In this document: piece by piece, positions 47,515 through 57,572 of the stretch | How the letters are laid out: every line of letters starts with the position of its first letter | Numbering within the stretch: the first letter of the stretch is position 1 | Source: Acidimicrobiia bacterium | GTDB taxonomy: Bacteria > Actinomycetota > Acidimicrobiia > Spongiisociales > UBA11373 | Direction: 5' to 3' | Length of the DNA: 64,000 nucleotides | Assembly: GCA_016215655.1 (NCBI GenBank) | Contig: JACRIT010000077.1 | Coordinates: 6,928 to 70,927, forward strand | Program-made: the position numbers and the translations under genes | The notes under the pieces: generated by a model | Told to the model about the DNA's origin: nothing | Database searches by the model: none | The model's input: only the letters and a program-made list of their open reading frames with translations

Positions 47515-49146
47515 ATGGCGAAACCGGCGATTCTCACGGTCGACGACGACCCCCAGGTTCTCGATGCAGTGCAACGCGACCTGAGGGCGCGCTACGCCGC
47601 CGACTACCGGGTGATCGCCGCCCCTTCGGGCGCCGCGGCCCTCGAGGCGCTCACCACGCTCAAGCAGCGTGGCGATCTCGTCGCACTGTTCCTCGCCGAT
47701 CAGCGGATGCCGGAGATGACGGGTACCGAGTTCCTCCTCGCCGCCGCCCCCCACTTCCCGGGAGCCCGCAAGGTGCTCCTCACCGCCTACGCCGACACCG
47801 ACGCCGCCATCCAGGCGATCAACGAGGTGGGACTCGACCACTACCTCCTCAAGCCGTGGAGCCCGCCCGAAGACCGCCTCTACCCGGTGGTCGACGAGCT
47901 CTTATCGGACTGGAGGGCCAACACCGAAGCACCCTTCGACGGGATCCGCGTCCTGGGCACCACCTGGTCGCCGTCGACCCATGAGGCGAAGGACTTCCTC
48001 GCCCGCAATCAGATCCCCTATCGGTTCCTCGACATCGAGCGCGACCCGGACGCTGCCGCCATCGTCCTCGCCGCCGGAGATGGCGCCCTGCCGGTGGTGC
48101 TCTTCCCCGACGGGTCGTCCCTGCTGCAGCCGGACCGGCGCACGCTGGCCGGCAAGGTCGGACTGCACACCGAAGCCTCGGCTGCCTTCTACGACTTGAT
48201 CGTCATCGGAGCGGGCCCTGCCGGACTCGCCGCCGGTGTGTACGGAGCATCCGAGGGTCTGCGCACCGTCCTCGTGGAGCGTGAGGCCACTGGGGGCCAG
48301 GCCGGCACCTCTTCGCGCATCGAGAACTACCTGGGATTCCCCAACGGGATCTCCGGCACCGATCTCGCCCGGCGCGCCGCCACCCAGGCGCAGCGCCTCG
48401 GTGCCGAGATCATCACGGCCGGCGAGGTGGTGTCGGTCCGCGTGGAGGATCCGGTCAAAGTCGTCCGCTTGAGTGACGGCACCGAGCTCACCGCCCGGGC
48501 TGTGATCCTCGCCACCGGGATGACCACCAGAGTGCTTGACGTGCCCGGGTACGCCGAACACCTCGGGGCCGGGGTGTACTACGGGGCTGCGGTGACCGAG
48601 GCAACCACCTACCGCGATCAACCGGTGTTCGTGATCGGCGGGGCCAACTCCGCAGGGCAGGGAGCGATGATGCTGTCGCGCTTCTGCTCCAAGGTCACCG
48701 TGGTGGTACGGAGCACCCTTGCCGAGAAGATGTCGCAGTACCTGATCGACCAGATCCACCGCACCCCCAACATCGAGGTGCTGGAGTCGACCAAGGTGAG
48801 GGCGGTTGCCGGGGGTCGTCGCGTGGAATCGATCACCCTCGAGCGTGACGGGGTCGTCACAGAACAGCCCGCCTCCGGGGTCTTCATCTTCGTCGGGGCG
48901 GTGCCGCACACCGACATGGTGAAGGGTGTGGTGGCGCTCAACCCGCAGGGGTTCATCCTCACCGGACCGGCAGTTCCTCGCGAGCAATGGCCCTTGACCC
49001 GGGACCCCTTCCTCATGGAGACCAGCGTGCCCGGGATCTTTGCCGCCGGCGACGTCCGAGACGACGTGGTCCGCCGGGTGGCTTCGGCGGTGGGTCAGGG
49101 GTCGGTGTGCGTCTCGTTCGTCCACCAGTACCTGGCGACGGTATGA
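47515..49146 (+). CDS. response regulator receiver - thioredoxin reductase-like fusion
   Basis: REC domain (VDDD, ADQRMP, LTAYAD, KPW), Grx-like middle, GAGPAG, GGQAG.SSRIENYLGFP, GGANSAGQ, ETS.PGIFAAGD. Confidence 0.9.
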   Translation: MAKPAILTVDDDPQVLDAVQRDLRARYAADYRVIAAPSGAAALEALTTLKQRGDLVALFLADQRMPEMTGTEFLLAAAPHFPGARKVLLTAYADTDAAIQAINEVGLDHYLLKPWSPPEDRLYPVVDELLSDWRANTEAPFDGIRVLGTTWSPSTHEAKDFLARNQIPYRFLDIERDPDAAAIVLAAGDGALPVVLFPDGSSLLQPDRRTLAGKVGLHTEASAAFYDLIVIGAGPAGLAAGVYGASEGLRTVLVEREATGGQAGTSSRIENYLGFPNGISGTDLARRAATQAQRLGAEIITAGEVVSVRVEDPVKVVRLSDGTELTARAVILATGMTTRVLDVPGYAEHLGAGVYYGAAVTEATTYRDQPVFVIGGANSAGQGAMMLSRFCSKVTVVVRSTLAEKMSQYLIDQIHRTPNIEVLESTKVRAVAGGRRVESITLERDGVVTEQPASGVFIFVGAVPHTDMVKGVVALNPQGFILTGPAVPREQWPLTRDPFLMETSVPGIFAAGDVRDDVVRRVASAVGQGSVCVSFVHQYLATV

Positions 49147-50510
49147 ACGTCGTCGATCGCCTCGCCACGGTGGCGCTGTTCTCCGGCCTCTCCCGATCCG
49201 ACCTGGAACGGCTGTGCCGTGATGCGCGCGAGATCGACATCGCCCGCGGCACCAAGCTCTTCGTCGAAGGAGATCCCGGTGGCGAGGCCTATGTGATCAC
49301 CTCGGGCGAGATCGAGATCATCAAGCAGAGCGTGGGGCGCGACGTGCTGCTGACGGTGCGCCGGGAGGGCGATGTGATCGGTGAGATGTCGCTGCTGGAG
49401 GATGCCCCGCGGATGGCCACCGCTCGCGCCCGCACCGACGCGACCGCCATCGCCCTCTCCCGGGACAGCCTCGACGAGCTGCTCGACACCAGTCAGACCG
49501 CGATGCGGGCGCTGTTCCAAGTGCTGCTCGCACGACGCCGGGAGAACGAGGGCCGTCTTCTGCAGAGCGAGAAGATGGCGCAGCTGGGCACGCTCACCGC
49601 GGGGCTGGCGCACGAGATCAACAACCCGGCATCGGCCGTGCAGCGCGCCGCGACCTCGCTCGATGCCGCCGTCGCGGCCTACGCGACCGCCCGCGCCGCG
49701 GTGGGCCGAGATGTGCCCGAGACGATCGCTCCCCTCCTCGCCAGGGTCTCCGATCCGAGGGCGCGTCCCCATCTCGATCCCCTCAGTCGAAGCGACGCCG
49801 AAGCGGAACTCGAGTCATGGCTCGGCGAGCGCGGAGTGGCCGACCCATGGCTGGCGGCGCCTGCCCTCGTGGGAGCCGGGATCGATCGCGCCGCACTCGC
49901 TTCGGTCGACGGCGTCGATCTGTCCGCGGCGATCGAGCTCCTCGTGACCTCCGGCACCGCCCACGAGTTGCTGTTCCAGATCGTGGAGGGCTCGAAGCGG
50001 GTCTTCGAGATCGTGAGCGCCCTCAAGTCCTACTCGTTCCTGGACCGGGCACCGGTCCAGGAGGTGGACATCGAGCGGGGCATCGCCGATACGCTCCTCA
50101 TCATGCGCACCAAGATCGGCGATCTCAGGGTCACCCAGGAGTTCGGTGGTGTGCCCCCCATCTCCGCCTATGGATCCGAGCTGAATCAGGTGTGGACCAA
50201 CCTCATCGACAACGCCGTCGACGCCATCCGCGATGGCGGTGGCAGCACGATCACGATTCGTACCCGGGTCGAGGGCGAAACGGTGATCGTCGAGATCGAG
50301 GACGACGGTCCGGGGATCCCGCCCGAGGTCGTACACCGGATCTTCGATTCGTTCTTCACGACCAAGGCCCCCGGCAAGGGCACCGGCCTCGGCCTCGACA
50401 TCTCCTACGGCATCGTCGTGAATCGCCATGGTGGCGACATCACCGTCGACACCGTTCCCGGGCGCACCACCTTTCGCGTGATCCTTCCCCTGAAAGGACC
50501 CCCCTCATGA
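49143..50510 (+). CDS. cNMP-binding domain sensor histidine kinase
   Basis: N-terminal CAP/cNMP domain ([20 protein letters not shown]), H-box [34 protein letters not shown]. Confidence 0.9.
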   Translation: MNVVDRLATVALFSGLSRSDLERLCRDAREIDIARGTKLFVEGDPGGEAYVITSGEIEIIKQSVGRDVLLTVRREGDVIGEMSLLEDAPRMATARARTDATAIALSRDSLDELLDTSQTAMRALFQVLLARRRENEGRLLQSEKMAQLGTLTAGLAHEINNPASAVQRAATSLDAAVAAYATARAAVGRDVPETIAPLLARVSDPRARPHLDPLSRSDAEAELESWLGERGVADPWLAAPALVGAGIDRAALASVDGVDLSAAIELLVTSGTAHELLFQIVEGSKRVFEIVSALKSYSFLDRAPVQEVDIERGIADTLLIMRTKIGDLRVTQEFGGVPPISAYGSELNQVWTNLIDNAVDAIRDGGGSTITIRTRVEGETVIVEIEDDGPGIPPEVVHRIFDSFFTTKAPGKGTGLGLDISYGIVVNRHGGDITVDTVPGRTTFRVILPLKGPPS

Positions 50511-50788
50511 GTCCCTGCCAGCACCTCGCCACCGTCACGAATGGTCCCAAGCCGCCGGGCGGCTGCCGAGCCTGTCTCGCCAAGGGCGACACCTGGGTAC
50601 ACCTGCGCTGGTGCCTCACCTGCGGCGAGATCGGCTGCTGCAACGAGTCGAAGAACCGTCATGCCAGCCGGCACGCCGCCGCCACCGGCCATCCCGTGGC
50701 TCGCTCGCGCGAGCCGGAGGAGATGTGGGCGTGGTGCTACCCCGACGAGGACTTCGTGGACCTCGAAGGACCGGAGATCTGGGGCTGA
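50507..50788 (+). CDS. UBP-type zinc finger protein
   Basis: C.HL, C..C, WVHLR.CLTCG.IGCC..S.NRHA..H, W.WCY.D. Confidence 0.88.
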   Translation: MSPCQHLATVTNGPKPPGGCRACLAKGDTWVHLRWCLTCGEIGCCNESKNRHASRHAAATGHPVARSREPEEMWAWCYPDEDFVDLEGPEIWG

Positions 50789-50819
50789 GGCCTTCGGGTG
50801 CCACCGATAGGCTGACCTG

Positions 50820-52064
50820 GTGGACACCCCTGATCTCATCCTCCGCTTTGCGCTCGCTCTGGCGCTCGGCGCTCTGATCGGCCTGGAGCGTCAGATCGGC
50901 CACGGGGACGAGTCCCGGGCCGCCGCCGGGTTGCGCACCTTCGCCCTCTACGCCCTATGGGGAGCCGGAGCGGGCTTCATGGGATCCGAGTACGGCGCAG
51001 GCGGCTTCACCGTGGCGGCGGCCGCCTTCGGCGGGCTGCTCGTCGTCGAGTACTGGATGGTGGGACGCCGCGGCGACACCGGCACCACCACCGAGGCGGC
51101 GGCGTTCGCCGCCTTCATCGCCGGGGTTCTCGCCTGGAACGGCGAGGAGGTCACCGCCCTGGCGCTCGCCGTCAGTGTCGCCGCGCTCCTGCAGGCGAAG
51201 GCCTGGGTGCATGGCACGCTGTCGCGCTTCTCCGACGAGGATCTGCGGGCGCTGATCCGATTCGGCGTGCTCACCGCGGTGATCCTCCCGCTCGTGCCCA
51301 ATGAGGCGCTGGGACCGTTCGATGCGATCAACCCCTTCCAGATCTGGCTGATGGTGGTGTTCGTCGCCGGCATCGGTCTCGCCGGATACATCGCCCTCCG
51401 CCTGCTCGGGCCGAAGGGCCTCGCCCCGACCGGGCTTCTCGGTGGCCTGGTGTCGTCGACGGCGGTGACCCTGGGCTTCGCCCGGATGTCGAAGCGAACC
51501 CCAGACGTCACGGATGCGCTGTGTGCGGGCGTCCTCGCCGCCAGCGGCCTCATGTACGTGCGGGTTCTCATCGAGACCGCGGTCGTGGACGCCGACATCA
51601 CACGCCCACTCATCTTCCCCCTGGCCGGGCTCTTCGTCTTCGTCGAAGGAGCCGCGGCGTGGTGGTGGTGGCATTCGCGTCGACGACAGGCCGACTCCGG
51701 GCTCAAGGTGCGCAATCCCGTCACGATCGGCAGCGCCCTCCAGTTCGGACTCGTCTACGGAGTGGTGGCCTTCGCCGCCACCGTGCTCGTGGACCGGGTT
51801 TCCGAGGCATCGCTCTCCATCGTGGCGGCGGTGTCAGGCGTCAATGATGTCGATGCCATCACCCTGGCCGCGTCGAACCTCGTCCACGACGGTCAGGTGG
51901 CAGCCACCTCGGGCGCCCGGGCCGTACTCGCCGCGGTGGCGGTGAACACCCTGGTCAAGGCAGCCCTCGCCGTGGCCGTGGGCAGCCGGCGTCTCGGCAT
52001 GCGGGTCGCCGCGGTGCTGATCCCCGCCGCGATGGGAGCCGGGGCCGCCTGGGCGCTGGTGTGA
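50820..52064 (+). CDS. MgtC/SapB family + DUF4010 membrane protein
   Basis: LGALIGLERQ, AGLRTF, GTTTE.A, NP..IWLMVV, GGLVSSTAVT, DVDAIT. Confidence 0.85.
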   Translation: MDTPDLILRFALALALGALIGLERQIGHGDESRAAAGLRTFALYALWGAGAGFMGSEYGAGGFTVAAAAFGGLLVVEYWMVGRRGDTGTTTEAAAFAAFIAGVLAWNGEEVTALALAVSVAALLQAKAWVHGTLSRFSDEDLRALIRFGVLTAVILPLVPNEALGPFDAINPFQIWLMVVFVAGIGLAGYIALRLLGPKGLAPTGLLGGLVSSTAVTLGFARMSKRTPDVTDALCAGVLAASGLMYVRVLIETAVVDADITRPLIFPLAGLFVFVEGAAAWWWWHSRRRQADSGLKVRNPVTIGSALQFGLVYGVVAFAATVLVDRVSEASLSIVAAVSGVNDVDAITLAASNLVHDGQVAATSGARAVLAAVAVNTLVKAALAVAVGSRRLGMRVAAVLIPAAMGAGAAWALV

Positions 52065-52093
52065 GCCCGCCTCATACAATCGACTCGCCCCTC

Positions 52094-52167
52094 GGGCCGG
52101 TAGCTCAGTTGGTCAGAGCAGTGGACTCATAATCCGTCAGACGCAGGTTCGACTCCTGCCCGGCCCA
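52094..52167 (+). tRNA. tRNA with CAT anticodon, most likely tRNA-Ile2 (lysidine)
   Basis: GGGCCGG/CCGGCCC acceptor stem, TAGCTCAGTTGGTCAGAGC D-arm, CT-CAT-AA loop, GGTTCGACTCC T-arm. The GGGC start and GACTCATAATC context are Ile2-like. CCA not encoded. Confidence 0.88.
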
Positions 52168-52169
52168 CG

Positions 52170-52218
52170 GCAACCCTCGCTTCGCTCGGGTTGCTGTGGA
52201 GTTTGCTTCGCAAACTCC
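52170..52218. repeat. REP-like double hairpin after the tRNA
   Basis: GCAACCC-tcgcttcgctc-GGGTTGC and GGAGTTTGC-ttc-GCAAACTCC. Confidence 0.55.
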
Positions 52219-52277
52219 GGGCATGCCTTCTTGTCGGTCGAATCAGCCCCTGCGCACACTCTCCTCGAGATTCCGAG

Positions 52278-52362
52278 GCGGGAAGCGGGGAGCGGGAAGC
52301 GGGAAACGGGCAGCGGGCAGCGGAGGCCGGACTTCGTGACTGGAGACTGGCGACTGGCGACT
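52278..52362. repeat. heptamer tandem repeats, (GCGGGNA) x~6.5 and (GACTGGM) x~3.5
   Basis: 52278-52323 and 52338-52362. Confidence 0.8.
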
Positions 52363-52368
52363 TCGGTC

Positions 52369-52689
52369 TCAGTGCCCGTGCTGTTGGAGTGCCCGATAGA
52401 CCCGGGCGAGGTGCTGCTGCACCTCCTCGTAGAGCGGCATGCGCTTCTCCGAGCAGCACGCCACCTGGAGCCATCCCACCTGGGCGCCGGCGTCGGCGAG
52501 GGCCGACATGGTGTCGTCCACCGGACCGCCTTCGGTGAGCGACCTCTCCAGGACCGTGAGGGTCTCGCTGAGCCGCTCCATGCGGGGACTGCGACCGGGC
52601 TCGCAACACGTGGCGTGCAGGCGGTGCACCACCGCGGCCGAGTCGGCAACCGCGCTCGCAGTACTGGTGACGTCGAAGGGGGCATCCAT
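52369..52689 (-). CDS. small helical hypothetical protein with CC motif
   Basis: 106-aa ORF containing HATCCEPGR and QVACCSEKRMPLY. Confidence 0.6.
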   Translation of the reverse strand: MDAPFDVTSTASAVADSAAVVHRLHATCCEPGRSPRMERLSETLTVLERSLTEGGPVDDTMSALADAGAQVGWLQVACCSEKRMPLYEEVQQHLARVYRALQQHGH

Positions 52690-52744
52690 GGGACCGGCAG
52701 CCTAACCGAGCCACGGCGAAACCCACCGGCCATAATCCCCACCC

Positions 52745-54361
52745 ATGGCATTCGAGATGATCCTGGTGGCATACGTCCTCGGGTTCATCGCCTCGCGGGT
52801 CGGGCTTCCCCCGCTGGTGGGGTATCTGGTTGCGGGGTTCGTGCTCCACGAGATGGGCCACACCGCCGGCGATGGTGTCGCCGCCATCGCCGACCTCGGG
52901 GTGCTGCTCCTGCTCTTCGGCATCGGCCTCAAGCTTCGGCCCGCCACCCTGGCCAAGCCCGTGGTGTGGGCGACCACCACGGCTCACACCGTGGTCGCCA
53001 GCCTCCTCATCGGTGGTGCCCTGTTGGCCGCTGGCATCATCGGGCTCCCCCTCGCCGAGGATCTCGACCTCGGTCAGGCACTCGTACTCGGCTTCGCCCT
53101 GTCCTTTTCGAGCACGGTCGCCGCCGTCAAGGCCCTGGAGGACCGCAGCGAGTCGACCTCCCTCGCCGGCCGCATCACCGTCGGCGTCCTCGTCGTGCAG
53201 GATGTGTTCGCGGTCGGCTACCTCGCCTTCACGACGGATGAACCGGTGTCATGGTGGGCTCCGGCCGTCGTCGCCGGGGTCGTCGTGCTCCGGCCGGTGT
53301 ACGGCTGGTTCCTCACCCACACCGGCCACGGCGAGCTGTTTCCCCTGTTCGGCCTCGCCCTGGCGGCGGGGGTCGGCGCCGCCGGGTTCGATCTCGTCGG
53401 GCTCAAGCCCGACCTCGGAGCGCTGCTCGTCGGGGTGATCCTGGCCGGCCATGCCCGCAGTGGCGAGCTCGCCGATCGCATCCTGGCGCTGAAGGATCTG
53501 CTCCTCGTCGGGTTCTTCCTCTCCATCGGCCTGGCGGGGGTCCCTCCGGCGATCGCGTGGGGAATCGGCGGCGGACTGCTGCTGCTGCTCCCCCTCCAGG
53601 CGCTGGTCTTCCTCGTCGTCATCACCCGATTCCGGGTGCGCTCCCGCACCGCGCTCAACACGACACTGTCGCTGGCCACCTACAGCGAGTTCGGGCTCAT
53701 CGTCGTCGTGGCAGCGGCCGCCGCAGGCGATCTCGAACCCGAGTGGGTGTCATCCATCGCCGTCGCCGTCGGTCTCTCGTTCGTCGGCGCCGCCATGCTC
53801 GTCCGATGGCGCGAAGCGGCGTACCGGATCGGCGGCTCGGTCCTGCCGCGGCTGGAACGCCACCCGCTTGATCCCGAGGACGCCGTCATCGACTTCGCCG
53901 GAGCCCGCGTCATCGTGTTCGGCATGGGCCGGGTCGGCGAAGGAGCGTACGACGAGGTGGCACGACGCCGGGGCGATGTCGTCGTGGTGGTGGATCGCAA
54001 GGCAGAGGTGGCGGCGGCACACCGCGCGGCCGGTCGCAACGTCGTGCGCGGCGATGCCCTCGATGGCGACTTCTGGTCCCGCGTCCGCTTCCACGAGGAC
54101 GTCGAGCTCATCGTGGTGGCCCTCAACAGCCACACCGCCAATCTGGAATGCGTCGAACGGGCGCGGGCGCATCGTCCGCTCGCCCGGATCGCCGCCATCG
54201 CCGCCTATCCCGACGAGGTCGCCCAGCTGCGCCACGCCGGGGTCACCGTCGCCAGGAACCTGTATGAGGAAGCCGGGCAGGCGCTCGCCGACGACGCCCT
54301 GTCGATCCGCGAAGGGCGGGACCTGCCCGGCAGCCCCACGGCGGCCTCCGGTCCCGTCTGA
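52745..54361 (+). CDS. cation:proton antiporter (CPA2/Kef-like) with TrkA-N domain
   Basis: LPPLVGYL.AG, LLLFGIGLKL, FSST...K.LE, QD, FFLSIG, SEFG, GMGRVG. Confidence 0.88.
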   Translation: MAFEMILVAYVLGFIASRVGLPPLVGYLVAGFVLHEMGHTAGDGVAAIADLGVLLLLFGIGLKLRPATLAKPVVWATTTAHTVVASLLIGGALLAAGIIGLPLAEDLDLGQALVLGFALSFSSTVAAVKALEDRSESTSLAGRITVGVLVVQDVFAVGYLAFTTDEPVSWWAPAVVAGVVVLRPVYGWFLTHTGHGELFPLFGLALAAGVGAAGFDLVGLKPDLGALLVGVILAGHARSGELADRILALKDLLLVGFFLSIGLAGVPPAIAWGIGGGLLLLLPLQALVFLVVITRFRVRSRTALNTTLSLATYSEFGLIVVVAAAAAGDLEPEWVSSIAVAVGLSFVGAAMLVRWREAAYRIGGSVLPRLERHPLDPEDAVIDFAGARVIVFGMGRVGEGAYDEVARRRGDVVVVVDRKAEVAAAHRAAGRNVVRGDALDGDFWSRVRFHEDVELIVVALNSHTANLECVERARAHRPLARIAAIAAYPDEVAQLRHAGVTVARNLYEEAGQALADDALSIREGRDLPGSPTAASGPV

Positions 54362-54364
54362 TAC

Positions 54365-54802
54365 CTACCCGGGTCCCTGTCGCCGGCGCAGCTCCTCCTC
54401 GAGGGCGTCCGCGGCGTATCCCATGAGCGCCGCGTCCCACGGCTTGGAGCCGGCGATGATCGGCTGCTCGCGAGCGACGAGATCGGCCACCGGATCGCGC
54501 AGCGTGCGCGCCCAGGCTCGCCCGGTGGCGGTGGCATGCAGCGTGATGGTGGCGTCGGTGTTGACCGAGTACACCCTGGCCTCCGCTTGGGGGTTGCCCC
54601 GCGATCCCTTCTCCCCGTAGACGAGGAGCACGCTCGGTGCGGGGAGGTCCTGGATTCCCCCGGTGGCGACGAACTCCCCATCGAAGGCCCAGCCTCCGTT
54701 GAGGCCCGTGTCCACGTTGCGCACGATCTTCGCCCAGTTCTTGAGGCGCCCGTCGCCGACGAGCGGCACCTCGATGGGCACGGTGAGATCGTCACTCATC
54801 AT
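54365..54802 (-). CDS. hypothetical protein
   Basis: Globular 145-aa ORF (KNWAKIV..VD...GGWAFDGEF). Confidence 0.65.
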   Translation of the reverse strand: MMSDDLTVPIEVPLVGDGRLKNWAKIVRNVDTGLNGGWAFDGEFVATGGIQDLPAPSVLLVYGEKGSRGNPQAEARVYSVNTDATITLHATATGRAWARTLRDPVADLVAREQPIIAGSKPWDAALMGYAADALEEELRRRQGPG

Positions 54803-54820
54803 TCGCGGTGGCCGGGGACA

Positions 54821-55210
54821 TCACCCGGCGCGGGTGATTCCGGCCTTCTTCAACACTGCGGCAGGCACCCCGCTCTCCCGCCACGCCGCATAGGTGATGC
54901 CCTTGCGCTCGCTGTAGGCCCGGGCGTGTTCGATGAATGCCGCTTCGAGCGCGGTGGTGTCGGCGGTGTCCTTGGTGGCGTCGAGTGCCTGCTGGGCATC
55001 GAGGCGAGCCTGGCGCAGATCGACGGCCTTCAGCGGATTCGCCTCCGCCGCGATCCGCCTCTCCAAGTCGGCGACGCGTGCCGCCAGCGTCTCGGCGGTC
55101 ACCGGCCGACCGGGGCGACGGGCGGCCAGGGCTCCGAGGTACTCCTTGATGGCCCGAGACTCGCGCCGACCAGCGGCGAGCGCAGCCTTGTGTTCGGCGG
55201 ACATCGCCAT
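54821..55210 (-). CDS. basic helical hypothetical protein
   Basis: GGAGG RBS; MAMSAEHKAALAAGR...RRPGRPVT...GITYAAWRESGVP..VL.KAGI. Confidence 0.7.
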   Translation of the reverse strand: MAMSAEHKAALAAGRRESRAIKEYLGALAARRPGRPVTAETLAARVADLERRIAAEANPLKAVDLRQARLDAQQALDATKDTADTTALEAAFIEHARAYSERKGITYAAWRESGVPAAVLKKAGITRAG

Positions 55211-55358
55211 GCCGATTACCTCCAATGAGGGACGAATCTGCAGGCAGCATATCCCCGATGGCGCCGGTTCGGGATCGGGTCGATACGAGGAAATGGCGAG
55301 CACTTGGCCCCGCTGATTTCGACTGCTCACCCCGGCACCGGTCCTATCGTGGCGACCC

Positions 55359-55661
55359 GTGACCAAGATCTCCGAAGGCCGACGCCGCCAGATCCTCGCC
55401 GAGGCGCTCACCGACGCCAGGGTACGCGCCGAAGCCAAGGGTCACCCGTTCGCCATCGAGTCCCGCGGGGACTTCGAGGCGATCTTCACCGTCACCCAGC
55501 CTCCCGATCATTGGCTCCACAAGCGCCTCACCATCCAATCGCTCGGGTTGTGGGCACCGGTGTGGTGGTACGCCACCCGCAAGGGCGACACCCCGAAGCG
55601 CTATCGGCTCGAGGTGGACGATGAGGGCGATCTGAGCATCACCCGGAGACGCCGGGGCTAG
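55359..55661 (+). CDS. hypothetical protein
   Basis: 100-aa ORF with protein-like composition and a short aromatic/hydrophobic patch. Confidence 0.55.
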   Translation: MTKISEGRRRQILAEALTDARVRAEAKGHPFAIESRGDFEAIFTVTQPPDHWLHKRLTIQSLGLWAPVWWYATRKGDTPKRYRLEVDDEGDLSITRRRRG

Positions 55662-55820
55662 CCGGGCACACCCGAGAGCCGCGATCCGGCCGACGGTTCG
55701 CGATGCCCGCTGGCGACTCCCCTCCCACGGCCGAACGCATCGATGCGCCGCGTCGATGTCCGAGGCCATCGATCTCCTAGCCGCCAGATCTGTCGATAGA
55801 GTGCCCGGGGAGGGGAAGCC

Positions 55821-57572
55821 GTGAGTACCGAGCCCGAGATCCACATCACTCCGAACGGCCCGATCGAGGTCCGGGTCGACCTGCCGATCGTCCCCAAGCG
55901 GATCGTCCGGTCCGAAGCGGGCGAACCGATCACCTGGGCCACCGACCCCGCGCTCCCGCACCGCACCCCGGCACGGCTGTGCCGATGCGGCGAGTCGGGC
56001 ATCAAGCCCTTCTGCGACGGCTCCCACAAGGCAGCCGGATTCGACGGCACCGAGACGGCAGCCATCGAGTCGTTTGCGGCGCAGAGCACGACGATCGAAG
56101 GGCCTGACCTCAGGGTGCACCGCGCCGGGAGCCTGTGTGCCGACACCGGCTTCTGCGCCAATCACCTGAACCGCTGGAAGGACCTGCTCCCCAGGGCAGC
56201 AGACCCCGACATCCGCGTCGAGCTGGCGTCGATGGTGCAGCACTGCCCGTCGGGAACGCTCGTTCTCGAAATGGCCGGCGAGGTGATCGAGCCCGACCTG
56301 CCACGCGCCATCTCCCCGGTCGAAGACGGTCCATTGTGGGTCACCGGCGGCGTGACCATCGTCCGCAGCGACGGGATCACCCTCGAGACGCGCAATCGGG
56401 TGACCCTGTGCCGGTGCGGCCGGTCCGCCAACAAGCCGTTTTGCGACGGCACCCACAACGCGATCGGGTTCCAGGCGAAGAACGAACGGACCGCGGCGAC
56501 GGTGCCGCTGACACCCGGGCCGGCTGGATCTCCCCCCGTCGCCGTACCGGGTGCGGCCCCGACCGCCCCGCAGCACCGGGTGCCCGCGTATCGGCGGGTG
56601 GTGGTCGGGGTCCACGATGCCACCACCGAGAGCACGTTTCGCGCCGCAGCCATGGTTGCCGAGGCGTCCGGCTCCGAGGTGGCCCTCGCCCATGTCGGCA
56701 GTGATGCCCCGGAGGTGATCCTCGAGGAGGCCCTTCGGCGCGCCGAGGCCGCCGGCGTGCCGGCCAAGCGGATCACCCCTATGCACGAGCGAGGTGACCC
56801 CGCGGATGCCCTTCACGCAGTGGCCCGGCGCCGCGACGCTGGTCTGATCGTGGTCGGGCGCGGCGGCGATCGCCTCGCCCGACTCCCGGCGCGCGTCTCC
56901 CATCGCTCACCGTGCGACGTCCTCGTCGTGAGCCGAGCCGCTGGCGATCGGCCGCGCCGCTACCGCAAGATCCTCATCGCCACCGACGGGTCGAAGACGG
57001 CAGATCGGGCCGCCAGGCGCGGATACGATCTTGCCGCAGCGCTCGGAGCGACGGTGGAACTGCTCTTCGTGGGGCATCCCGCCACCGGAGATCTCATCCT
57101 CTCCGACACCATGGCCGTCGCCGCCGGCGCGGTGGACACCATCCCGCGTCTGCTGCGTGGCGAGGCCGCTCCGCTGATCCTGGCGAGCGCGGACAGGGCG
57201 GGCGCCGACCTCATCGTCGTCGGCAACAAGGGCATGACCGGCCTCCGCATCCGCGCCGGCACGTCGGTTCCGGGCGAGGTGCTCAAGGGGGCACACTGCG
57301 ACGTCCTGCTCTGCAGGACCGTCACCCAACGCGAAGCCGACCTGGAGCCGGGAGATGGCGGGGTGATCGAACGCGACGGAGAGCCGGTGGCGGCCTGGAT
57401 GGATGAATCCGGTGAACTTCGCCTCATGTCCGCCAAGTGCACCCACCTCGGATGCACGGTCGCCTGGAACCCGGGAACTCGAACCTTCGATTGCCCCTGC
57501 CACGGATCCCGCTTCGGGCCCGATGGCGCCGTCGTCGAAGGCCCGGCGACCAAGCCATTGCCGCCGGTCTAG
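55821..57572 (+). CDS. CDGSH - divergent 4Fe-4S - CDGSH - 2x universal stress protein - Rieske fusion protein
   Basis: [15 protein letters not shown]; LCADTGFC...HCPSG; [16 protein letters not shown]; two USP domains (GDPA..L, LIVVG, PCDVLVV; [18 protein letters not shown]); CTHLGC...[10 protein letters not shown]. Confidence 0.85.
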   Translation: MSTEPEIHITPNGPIEVRVDLPIVPKRIVRSEAGEPITWATDPALPHRTPARLCRCGESGIKPFCDGSHKAAGFDGTETAAIESFAAQSTTIEGPDLRVHRAGSLCADTGFCANHLNRWKDLLPRAADPDIRVELASMVQHCPSGTLVLEMAGEVIEPDLPRAISPVEDGPLWVTGGVTIVRSDGITLETRNRVTLCRCGRSANKPFCDGTHNAIGFQAKNERTAATVPLTPGPAGSPPVAVPGAAPTAPQHRVPAYRRVVVGVHDATTESTFRAAAMVAEASGSEVALAHVGSDAPEVILEEALRRAEAAGVPAKRITPMHERGDPADALHAVARRRDAGLIVVGRGGDRLARLPARVSHRSPCDVLVVSRAAGDRPRRYRKILIATDGSKTADRAARRGYDLAAALGATVELLFVGHPATGDLILSDTMAVAAGAVDTIPRLLRGEAAPLILASADRAGADLIVVGNKGMTGLRIRAGTSVPGEVLKGAHCDVLLCRTVTQREADLEPGDGGVIERDGEPVAAWMDESGELRLMSAKCTHLGCTVAWNPGTRTFDCPCHGSRFGPDGAVVEGPATKPLPPV

